Source: Balanoglossus misakiensis
Taxonomy: Eukaryota; Animalia; Hemichordata
DNA length: 64,000 nt
Reading direction: 5' to 3'
NCBI GenBank assembly: GCA_040954595.2
Contig: CM082596.2
Location: 3,209,139 to 3,273,138 of the forward strand
The notes beneath the pieces are model-generated. The model was not told where the DNA came from. It ran no database searches and was given only the letters and a program-made list of their open reading frames with translations. Shown here in pieces: positions 14,361 to 35,375 of the stretch (position 1 is the first letter of the stretch; every line of letters starts with the position of its first letter). The translations under genes and the position numbers were made by a program.

Positions 14361-14742
14361 GAGGTTCTTACGTTTTACAGCCCAAAAAGTTAAAAAAATA
14401 ATTGAGGTTCTAGCTTACAAAGTCATAGTTTTAGTTGATGCGATGATAATTTGTCATTTTTAATTAACAGTTATCGTAATTTATCTCTCCGATATCATCA
14501 AGGTTCTTAAATACGATTTTATACGCGTGGCCGAGGTTCTTAACAAAAGTCGAGGTTCTTACGTTTTACAGCCCAAAAAGTTTACAAAGTCTTAATTACC
14601 GAAAAATCGTGGTTCTTACGTTATTCAGCCTACAAAGTCAAAAATTTTCAAGGTTCTAGCTTACAAAGTCATAGTTTTAGTCGATGCGATGATAATTTCC
14701 CATTATTAATTAACAGTTATCGTAATTTATCTCTCCGATATC
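14361..14742. repeat. Imperfect direct duplication upstream of PTPN23
   Basis: gaggttcttacgttttacagcccaaaaagtt at 14361 and 14552. A ~90-bp block ggttctagcttacaaagtc...ctccgatatc at ~14406-14496 and ~14652-14742. Confidence 0.8.
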
Positions 14743-14744
14743 TC

Positions 14745-14776
<32 letters not shown>
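14745..14776. repeat. (GAT)n microsatellite in the PTPN23 promoter region
   Basis: Direct reading. Confidence 0.9.
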
Positions 14777-14829
14777 CCTTCGAACTCTCTCTACTTCACT
14801 CTCGAATTTTCTCACGGGAAGGTTACCCA

Positions 14830-14837
14830 TGACGTCA
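14830..14837. promoter_or_regulatory. CRE palindrome TGACGTCA just upstream of the PTPN23 ATG
   Basis: Perfect CREB/ATF consensus 33 nt before the ATG at 14863. Function untested. Confidence 0.4.
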
Positions 14838-14862
14838 TTCCGCGAGACTTCAACCAACCAAG

Positions 14863-24767
<9,905 letters not shown>

Positions 24768-26460
24768 ACTTACCATTCATTCTATTATAATTGTGAGTAA
24801 CCCCCACTTTTATATTCTCTTTACAAGAACCCTGGAAATTTACATTATATTAAACAAAATTCTAGGGACAGATGAATTTATGCATTACAAAAAAATAGAT
24901 TTTTTTAAAGCGTAATTATTCGTTGAGCAAATTGAAAATGATTTACATATACCTACTGACAATTAATCACCAGAATTTAGAAAAATCACCTTTATTTTGT
25001 TGCTTGTAACTTTGCGTACACAAGTTGAATCTATGGTTCTGTAAAGCGAAGCATTAGTCACAAGATACTTGCAGCTTAATATTCTCCAGAACAAAATGAT
25101 ATCTCATACTTATCCATGACACGCCATAGAAGACTAACTTATACATATGAACGCTTAAAATTACAAGGCCACCTATGCAAATCTAGCCACGCAAGGATAG
25201 TTGAGCTCTTGCCAATCACAGATTTTCTATTGTGGCCATGTGAAAAAGTGCTCCACCACAGTGTGATTGGTGCCCTCTTGATAAAAAAGATCTAGACACT
25301 CATGGTATCAGATTATTTTCATTTTATATTTTATATGTTTATTGAAATTTGATTTTTGTATACTCAGTATTTTTTGCTGTGTTAGCCTTGTTTAGCATCA
25401 AACTGCAATTTATGATTTTGATCAAGATACTGGGCGCTATCTCAAATCAAGAAGTCCCAAAATTTTAACCAGACATGATAAAAAATATGTGGCTCCCATA
25501 TTCAAGAAGACAGGATTGTGACTACCATATACAAGTTAGAATGAAAACTAAAACGTAGTTTGAAAAATACCGAGTTTCTTATTATTTGGCATTACATTTA
25601 TGCATGTAAGTACTTAAATTGTAACTCAGCATAAGTTTTTTACTGGTGGGTTATAATCTTTGATCATTATGCCATGTTCTCCTTTTGTGTGGGTCCAGTT
25701 ATGGCTAATATTTTGCTTTATGTTATAAACATCACTAGTGAAACAAAAAATCACTACTTTTAAATGGATGTATTCTGGTCGTCGGAACAACTATTTATTT
25801 GTTTGTTTACCTTAGTGATGACGTGTAGTCAGAATAAATGTCACTAGTTGGTGATGGCATGAAAGGGTCATGCTTCTCTCAGCATTCTCCAACCAGATTT
25901 GGATTCCGGATTGAATGTCACAGGCAAACACTAATGCAATGATTTTCATCTTTACCAAAAGTCATTTCTTCCCAAAATGTGTAAATACCAAAGAGCACTT
26001 GGAACTCTTCTATATTGTGACATTATTGCTGTACGTGCTTGTAATATGTACATGGCATAACTGGATGTCAACAAATTTTCAAATAACTGTTCTATGAGAA
26101 GAGTTATTCTTCAACCATTAAAATAATCCATTCAAATTAAATAGCATATGTCTAGTTCACAGCACTTTTTCCTCTATCTACATAACTTTTATGTAAATAA
26201 CACTCTTTTTTGGATGTCTGTACTTGTTATTAGAAAACCAGTCTGAAGTAGTGACATTTGTTTCTATGTGCAGTCACAATTTGTTTGCTCCTATAACATC
26301 TTGCGTACTTCTGTGAAAACGTGCAATATGTATTTCCTAATTACTATATGATAATAAAGTCTTAATAAAAAAGATATGAATCCTTACTGAAGTTACATTG
26401 TCTTTTTTATGAAATGCATAACATTTTTGGGATGAAACGTTATAATAACAATCCCTGCGT

Positions 26461-28396
26461 TTACTCCACAAATTCGTCAGGTTCATCGAAGTATAAATCA
26501 TATCTCAAAGTCGATTGCAAAACTGGAGTCAGTTCAATCCCATGTCGGACTCCCAGTTGGGCTATTTTTCTTTTTATTTCTTCATTCGCCTTTGTGAGAA
26601 TATCCAACATATGAAACCTGCCACACAATCTCTCCAGAGCCTGGATAACTGTCCGCAAATAGCTAATTGAGCGCCCCCTAGAGCCAGTTTCACGTGGTAA
26701 GTGCGCATAGCCGAGGAGAAAATCAGCCTCGTTCGGGATGACGTCTATAGATGTCATCAGAGTTAGTAAGTCGTCATCTGCTGGTGTAACCGATGACGGT
26801 TCTCCGCGGGGCCCGTAATCGTCAATCGGACGTGTCTCTACCAGAAAGACCTTTGGTTTTCCGGCCAAATTTGTGGAATTCGCCTCGGCGAATATTTCCG
26901 TGAGATTCCGAAAACTGACGCCTACTCCATCCACGCCCATCAGTCGGCCAAAAGTTCCTTGGGAGAGGATGCATACGAGAAGGCAGTCGTGGAAAGAGTG
27001 GTCTTCGAGATTCAAGTTTCTCAACGAGCCGATCAGATCCAGCGATGTTAAGTTTTTCATCACTCTGACGCTGAAGCCCATGCTGGAAAGTATACTGCGA
27101 ATAATGCCTGAAATAAATGAAAACAATGTAATGTACAAAACACGAGTTACATCTGCCCCCTCTCCATCTACATCTCCACATGCGCATATTGAACAAAGTC
27201 TGCAAAAAGTCATGCTAAACGTATAATAGACTCGCAAAAATAACGCGATTTCATACACAGAACACGCCTGCTTATTTAGAACATGTACATGAACTTTAAT
27301 ACACACTCAAACTGTGAGTACTTTAGGCCTTAGAGATGTACGTAGCCTGGGCCTCCGGGGATTGTGGAGTTAAAGGTCAATGACCTGACGTGACCTTACA
27401 CCCCATAAACACCGTCACGTGATCACTTCTGCAGACATACACGTCCCTGCAAAGTTGCTTGTTTTCACATACAAGTCCGTGGTACTCACCTAATTCGGAC
27501 CGGAAGACATCACCGCTAGACTTGGCATCAGATTCACTGTCATATTCGTAATTATAGACTATCACAGCCGCGCCACACGGATGGCTGTCCATCGTATAGC
27601 ACGGAACTTGGGAACCGGACTGCCATTCTCGCATCTCCATTCTCCCGTTCTTCGTCCGAGCTGAGTCGACCGTCCGTTCCAGTTTTTGGATCGCTGGAAT
27701 CCCCTTCTGTATCGCGTCTTGATACTCCGTGATAAGCAAGTTCTCTTCGAAGTGGACATCTTTCAAGCCGCCCAAGTTACTGCACAGAGAAGCAGGTAAG
27801 ATCCTCAAACGATTTTCTTCCACGCGAAGTTCTTCTAGCCCTTTCATTTCCCCCAGCGTGTACGGGAGCCAGTCCAACTTATTGTTGTTCAGCCACAATA
27901 CCTTCAGGTTCTTCATTTTTCCAATTCCCCTCGGTAAACTGGTTAGTCCGTTGTTGCTCAGGAATAGCTTTTCCAGCCCTTGCATGTCGGTGCTCAGCAG
28001 GCTGTCGGGGAATTCTGTGAACTTGTTGTCTGATACGTCCAGGTAACGGAGTTTTGATAACCGACCTATCGAAGCTGGTAGCGTCTTCAGCCTATTGGTC
28101 CCCAAGTAAAGCCTCACCAGTTCCCCCAGTCCCGAAACGACGTCGGGAAATTCCTCAAAGTGATTGTTTTCCAAGAATAACCATCTCAGTTTGTCTAGTT
28201 TGGATACGTCACTGGGAAGTGATTTTAAGCGATTGACGTTCAAGTTCATCCACTGTAGTTCTGTCAGGGTGCACACCTGTAGTGGTAGGCTTGTGAGGTT
28301 ACGGTAATTCAGATCCACGCGGAGATCGTACGCTTTTCCCCGGTAAGGGTTGATGTTCAGAGCCGTCAGTTCTCGCTCTATCTTAGCCTTGGTCAT
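26461..28396 (-). CDS. LRR - caspase-8/10-like fusion protein with mutated catalytic dyad (pseudo-caspase), 517 aa, 2 coding exons
   Basis: Exons 28396-27490 (donor g|gtgagt) and 27107-26461 (acceptor ttcag) join in frame, 1554 nt. About 9 LxxLxLxxNxL repeats, then caspase motifs YTMDSHPCGAAVIVYN, DCLLVCILSQG, LAGKPKVFLVETR, IPNEADFLLGYA, STLRYDLYF. Confidence 0.9.
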
Positions 28397-29512
28397 CTTT
28401 GGGTCGGATCGAAGAGGAAGGGTGCAGTGAAATCGCGAGATCAAATGCGACTAAAACATTCAATGAGAAATAACATTTGCGCTTTTAGTCTTTGTCAATC
28501 GGACACCTGTAGGAGCCTAAACTCGTGTACGTGCTCTGAATCAACAAAGCATCTCTATTAGCCTATCGATTATTGCAGCGTTGTGGTCCATTCAAATTCG
28601 CGACGTCTTCTCAAACTATTCAAAATTCTTAACAATTGAACGAGTTCGTTTCTTTGCAGTTTCCCCACATTCATGGTGGTAACAGAAGGATTCTGTCTTG
28701 TAAATCTCTGTATTTCTCAAAAAAGCCCAACAATATCACAGACGGAAACGTACATTGAGAGTAGAGATACAGGTTTCAGTGATCATTCTCTGACAGACCC
28801 TACCTCTTTGCTTGCACGTTTATAAAATGGTGTCCCTCCCGATCAAAGCGGGAATCGTTGTTTTCAAGCACAGTATCTTTGTACGCGAGTTTCTTACTGT
28901 TCATCAGCATGCCATCTGTACGTTTCAGGGAGCGACTGTAATGACTATTCCAGGAAAGAGACAGCGAGCAAACAATATGTATACGTAGCCATATCTACTT
29001 AAAAACCAAGGAGCGCATGCGTTTGAATATTGACAACTTTTAATTCTGCTGAGGCATAGTTATGTAATAGGTCTAAAAGACTAAAGGGCTCCAACACTGA
29101 CAGATCTGAGAAAATGAAATATCACATATTCAGTTCCTGTTGTACTAAGGTCATTTTAGGAGAAGCGCTTCTGACTATGGTACCCCGTGACAGACGTAAC
29201 ATGTAAACTTTGCGTATTTAAAACGTCAGGCAACGTAAATAGACTGTGCACGGCCTAATACATGTATTAGAACTGTATACTGTTTGGTGTCTTAATCTTG
29301 GTAAATACTAGTTCATTTAATTCTCCGTGTAAATGTGCGCGTCTCAACTTTCCGTTGCCAGGACAAACACCACTCCACTGTAAGTTCATGTTCATTTCCG
29401 CTTGAATCCTGAATGAGTGAGAGAAAATACCAAAAGTTTATATAATTTTACTTTTGGTCACTACAGACAGGGTAAACTCGAGTTTTGATGACATGTTCAT
29501 TGTTCTGTTTAA

Positions 29513-31591
29513 TTATTTTAAAAAGAGATAAATGCTTAACTTAAACAAAATTAATTTAACGCATTGTGTCTCGGACCCACCTCTGGCGGACGACGGCTGG
29601 AAGACGTACATTGCGTACAGGGTCATAAGGAAGTTGTCGTTCATGTACGCCTGTATATGGTCCTTGTGGAGTGAAATTTGTTCTTCAGAGAGACAGATAT
29701 CCTGGTTCATTAGGTCTTCCATCTTTCCCCACGCCTTGGGGAAAGTTTTCTCAGTGTAACTCGTGGGCCGCGGTTGGATGAGCGGCAAAACCCTGGCGTT
29801 TGAACTCAAAGTGATGCCAAGTTTTTCTGTAGGAAAATGAAGATCATGAGATACTATAGATTTCTTGAAATTGTGCGCTAAGATGACACAAATTTACTGA
29901 AATGAAGATTTCCGGGTTTTCAGTCGTGATAACTGGTGAGCCGGCTTTTGTGCTGTTCGTATAAAAGCTCTTGGAAAAACATGGCCACCTATTTCACCCA
30001 CAAAACTTCCGCCAACTTCTAGGCCAATAGACCAAAAATCGCCAATCTCATGTGTTTCACTCTCGTATACCAATCCAATCTTAGAAACATGCCAACCCCC
30101 TACCCGTTTTCCCGGGTAAAAGTTTTTCCTCATAATTTGAGAAACGTGTAGTATGATAACAATTATAATGTCAGTCTTTTTGACATCTGTCGAGCTAATC
30201 ACTTTCGGTTATAAAATAACCAAAGTACACCCACCCAACTGCCGTGTCAAATGTATGCCTATCCTGTCCTCGTTATCGATCACCTTGGCAAAACAGTCCT
30301 CGCAGTGACAGAGGAGAATGACTCTGTCGAATTTTGGAAACCGGTTGAACCACAGCATCCGGGCTATTTTGACACAGTAAAGATTGAACATGTTGTCGAC
30401 CCCGTAGCTTCTCAGCGTCTTGGCTTGGAGGGCGTCCTCCGCCGTATGCGACCCCGCCCCTTCGCAGAGTTGCAAGGTGGGGAACCCGTTGACGAAATAC
30501 GTCTGGATGCTGGCGAGCTCGCTCTGTCTGCTGCTGTCTGCGGAAAATAAAGGCCTGGACACTTCCACGGTGAAGTGTCGATCCCACTGGATTACCCGGT
30601 TCGCCAGGAACGGGTTGCAGTGGAGATCTTCCTTCGCGTCACCTCTCTGTCCGATAACTAGGACGTTTGAGTCTCGCCCTGTCCGCAGCGTTCCCCACGG
30701 ACTCGGTATCAGCGGCAATTTCATAAGATAGTCCTCAATACAGTCTACCTGGTCCGAGTTGAATTCTTCAAATACGGAAAATATCCGACGATCCTTGGCC
30801 AGTTTCAAGGCCCACTTATCTCCGAATTTCCACTGTTTTAGCCAAATGTCGGCGATGACCTTGTCTTTCATATGTCTGGATTTTCGGTCACCGTATATTA
30901 CGATCAGTATTGAACCTGAAATATTAAATTTGTGGGTTAAAGGTCGTGTAGAGAGCAGTGGGAGACAGAGAACATTTTTATTTTAATTTTAATTTTAAGC
31001 AATCATCCTTCTATGACCACCAACTTAATATGCCCTGTCTTTGTCAGGCCCTTTGCACTTGCTTCGGGGAATGCAAAACAAGTTTTTCTGATTGCAGTAG
31101 GCAAATACGATAAATTACCAGAGCTCGATAGGTTTGGTATTTCCGTCATGGCGAGACAAGACGGAAGTAAAACGATGGATTTTCTTGTGGATGGGGCAAA
31201 TGATTCGGCAGAAGTGTGACCAGACATTTTTTGTGTCTAATCTGCCTCTGGTTTGAATGACAGGGAGTATACCTTTTGGCTTGGTCGATGTCCGATGCAA
31301 CATGTCTAGCTCCTGCCTGTGGTCGATACTTCTGTCACGTCTCTCGGGTCTCAGACAGACCCGGCTTTGCCTGGCGTCGATGACAACGACCGCTGTGGAC
31401 GTGGCGTACCTGGCCAGCGTTGTTGCGCGCTGTTTCTCGTCCGCGGCTCGGAAGCTATCTACCGTTGTCATGCCGTTCAAGTTCTCGTTTCCTTCGACCA
31501 CCGCTTCCAGCAAAGCTTTCACGTTTTCTTCGGCGGCTTTCTGGAAGGATTTCAGTTTCGCAAACACGAAAATTCGGTGTCTTTCCGCCAT
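29513..31591 (-). CDS. Orphan family A, copy A1 (~437 aa): putative TIR-like N-domain + degenerate P-loop-like domain
   Basis: Exons 31591-31273, 30915-30235, 29826-29513 join in frame via phase-1 GT-AG introns. Clear paralog of A2 with shared VFAKLxSFQKAA, VVVIDARQSRVCL, SIDHRxELDML, LWFNRFPKFD, KLGIxLSxNARVLPL. The 3' end is uncertain: a possible donor near 29580 could add a further exon. Confidence 0.85.
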
Positions 31592-32781
31592 TCTTTGAGT
31601 GTGTACGTCTCTTCTACCCTCTAGCGTAGACCCTGGGTTTCTACGTAGAACCCGGATCGTGTCACACACACACTCACTGTTCCAAGACGAACTGAAACCG
31701 TTTGCTTATTTTAGTCTGGTAACTAGTTGGACATTGAATTCCTGTCAAAGTTTACAGCACAAGCATATACGCATAAACGCTTTCTCTTGAAGAGCACATT
31801 AAATCATATATCGCCTTCTGTGACTTGTGTCATTAGAAAAAATTAATCAGGTACGTGCTGCCTCCCGTAACCATAGACATGACAGAATTAACATGCAGCT
31901 TTAGGCTGCCGGACAGATTCCAATAAATCATATGGAACAATAATTGATCATTGGTTGATAACCATAACAGTTGTTTTTGGTATAGGCGCAAACAACGCCT
32001 TCTTATCTGCCAAGCGAAATAACTGCAAGGCACTTGAAACGCCGTTCATTTCTGTGTAACCATGCATGTATGTACATTTTCTGTAAGGAGAATCAGCTTT
32101 CTGTCAACGACACGATAAGAACATTTTATCATATTAATCATATATTGACTCTTGCTGTAAATAATATTTTCGCAACCCGACCTTATTGATTGACATATTT
32201 CTATAGTAAACGTTCATTACGCTATCTGAAGGAAAACTTTCTTTCCGAGTCTACGAACTGCCTGTATGTCCGCCTGTAAAATAGAACCCCTATAGGGTGA
32301 CATCTTCACCTCGGTTTACCGCATGAATAGGTTCAAGCCCCTGGGTCCATGCACACAATAAAGCAACCAGGTCAAAAAAGTAGTCGCTATACAGCTGACA
32401 TATCTTTGCCCGTTAGAGAGAGCTATAGTTAATCGAAACATTAAAAACTTTGCTTTACAGTCAAGTAAAAAAGAAATACTTTGAAAATACACCTCGCTGA
32501 AACACCCCATGTCAGAAACCTATATCGGACCTTCTAGGTTACTTTAAAGATATCATATTTTTGACGTCACGAGATATTTTGGGCCAAGATACCAGTGGCA
32601 AATACAATTCCCGAGCATTTGGACTATGGACGATTACTGATAGTTTAACAATCACTGGGTAAATGTTGGCTGGAGTGGAACTTTGGTCGCATTAAGTGGC
32701 CTGCTTCTCGCACAAAAGGACTGTGTTTAGCTAAATATAACGTATGGGTCAATTTTCCACTGCACCGCACCTTGATGATCG

Positions 32782-32791
32782 GGGGATTTCC
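32782..32791 (+). promoter_or_regulatory. NF-kB consensus site GGGGATTTCC upstream of B1
   Basis: Matches GGGRNWYYCC; ~75 nt before the B1 ATG at 32866, within the A1/B1 divergent interval. Confidence 0.4.
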
Positions 32792-32865
32792 TTGTCTAAT
32801 TCGAGGTGATTAGATCCTGTTCTATTCATGGTTAGACGCGGTTGCGGACTCGCGATATTTTAAAC

Positions 32866-35225
32866 ATGAGTCGTCACAGTGCTCCAGTGCTACCAGCGAA
32901 GATGAGCGAATCAGGGATATACGTGACGATGAGGGGGTTCCACGCAGCGGGTTCGGGACTGCCCATGTACGTGCGCTACGCCAGGGGCGACCCAGTTGCG
33001 ATTCGCGTCGATTGCCACGAGGACGATACCATACACGACCTGGCCAAGAAGCTGATCCTCCGCTCGAAGGATTTCGGGCTGGACCTGGCCGGGATCAGGC
33101 TCAGGGAAGGCAACGTGGCCGTATACATACTCGGGAAAGACGGCGTCGTGCTCCCGGGGAGAGACAAGCTGTCGCCGAGGAAGCTTCTTAAAGAAGTACA
33201 AGAGTACGACTTGGAATTTGAAACAGGTGAGAATAGTGTTGTATCATCATTACACGGACAGACACTTTATAAACATTTTACAGCAAAGCATTTCTGTGTT
33301 CAACATTTCACATATACTGGCCACTGACAAAAATCTGAGGGGGAGGGGCAAACATGACAAAACAAGTACAGTATGTCCGTTTATTCTTGTGCAAACTTTT
33401 CTGATACATACATACTGGTATGAACTGTAATTATTTCCGTGTGTGCGCACTGAAACCTATGCATCTCTTGCTGTTTACAGATTTATGCGATGTGGTCGTC
33501 ACCCACGCCGAGACCAGCGCCGTCTTCCCGTGCATCAAGACAGAGACGTTCGGTGACCTGGCGCGGAAGATAGAGACCAGAATTGCGGCTTTCAACTTCC
33601 AGGAGACGTATTTGATTGAACTGAGGGGGCAGCTCAAGACGGGCAAGTTGAGAATTTCAGAATATTCCGCCGTTGGCCGCAAGAGTAAAGTGATCAGCCT
33701 GACAAGAAGGATCGGGGATGTGGGCGACAGGAAGTTTTCTTTCTTCGTAGAGCAACCGAAGAAAGCCATTACTTGTGGTAAGTTGGTCACCACCAGTTCG
33801 AATCAAAATGATCAGCCTGGATGCATTTGCGGGTGTCCAGAATGTAAAATAATGTCAACCCATTGAATTTCGGTCGGAAGATATTTATAGTGTCTTTATA
33901 TAACTTGACAAAGGAAATACAAATAACTGAAAAAAAAATCTAAGTGAGGGGGCGAGTTAGTCTTGTTTCAACCGGTCACATAAGCCTTTAACCCCCTCCC
34001 CCAATAAATGACACGTCATTTACCGAAATTGCATTCTTTATTGCAGCTGATATCAAGGAAAACCTGTGTGGGCAAAACGTAGTTTTCTTTGGTCCCCCTG
34101 GCAACGGTAAATCATCGACGATAAACACATTTGCCAAGGTAAGCTACTAAGTATTTCCGCATATGATCTCAGAATTCGTCACCTTCGGTCGGACTTTTTA
34201 GCGACGCGTGGGGGCGCGCAACAGCAGACTCAGGGAAAACGTGAATATGGTGTTGATATTGTATGGATCGTGTTGAAATACCATTATATGTTTATAATTG
34301 ACGCCTTTGTCATATAGAAATATTCATATGGGAGATACTACATACTGTATACTCTCGAGTCCATTAGCTGAAATTGGATAAATTCAATGCCTGTCTTGGC
34401 AGACTTTCCAGAAGTTGACGATATGTGAATTCTTCGAAATGTCATGCCTCGTAATAATCCGATTTTTTGCCTTTCTGGCTTTGTTTTAGGCTTTAGGTGG
34501 AGTCTATCGCCCTCTGGCAAATACCTATCAATTACGCGGCCCTGGCACTAAAGTATTCAAACCGTACACATTCACAGTCGAGGAGAAATCGTTCTCTCTC
34601 TGCGACGTGCCCGGTGCGGCTTTCCAAACCAGTGACGATTATGACCCCACCAAATTCATCCAAAGGATTCTCGACGGCAAACTGCCCGCCGAAAAGCCCC
34701 TGGACTACAAGCACAAGTTCTACAAGCGCGGTTTTGGAAAAGCCCATTGCATCGTGTACATCCACAAATGGGACGCAGAGTTGGACGAACTTCACAGGTT
34801 TTTAGTCGATGAGGCCGCTGTACGAGGTGAGATGTTTTAGGATAATTTGGGGCTGTGTGGTTTTTATGCAAAACGCAAATTGAAATACGAAGACTTTTAT
34901 CTAAGGATGAAAATGATTTCATGCCTCATCGTCTTTTTCCATAGGAAGCGGTATTCCAGTGGTTGTCATAGTGACTCATATCGACCTCGCCCCAGACGAC
35001 CCCGACCTTATCGCCGAGAAATGCGATCAGCTGGCCGAGATCATGGGTATTGACGTCGCAAATGTGTTCACCGTATCGAACTTTGACCACGAGGCATCAC
35101 ACGAAGACCAACTGAGGGATGCGCATGCTCTGCAGTTGCTCCACAAGATCCTGGCGTCGGCGAAGTCTTTCTGTGACAGAGGAAAGGTCAAAGTGACCGC
35201 AAAGGTCAGAGCGGCCGATAAATGA
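32866..35225 (+). CDS. Family B, copy B1 (455 aa): two ubiquitin-like domains + IFI44-like P-loop GTPase
   Basis: Exons 32866-33226, 33481-33777, 34047-34138, 34490-34826, 34945-35225 (1368 nt, open). G1 GPPGNGKSSTIN, G3 LCDVPG, RILDG, HCIVY, G4-like VTHID, VSNF parallel IFI44 motifs GPIGAGKSSFFN, LCDSLG, ILNG, IHCVAF, LTHVD, VSNY. Start codon choice (32866 vs downstream ATGs) uncertain. Confidence 0.88.
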
Positions 35226-35314
35226 CCCGCGTGCTGTCACCGTAGCGACAGCTGAAACAGATAGAGACTGACACCATATAGAAAAAGGGGTGTTTTCTAC
35301 CTGGATGTGCTTAC

Positions 35315-35375
35315 AGGTACCCGAGAACGAGTCTTGACCACTACGCCCCCGGACTCGGTCAGTTCTCGGGTACCT
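35315..35375. repeat. Inverted repeat/hairpin 90 nt downstream of the B1 stop
   Basis: aggtacccgagaac (35315-35328) / gttctcgggtacct (35362-35375), plus inner gagtc/gactc pairing. Confidence 0.8.

Noticed and set aside
30235-30360. HCxxC read as a cytidine-deaminase PCxxC motif
   Set aside because: No conserved upstream HxE motif shared by A1 and A2.
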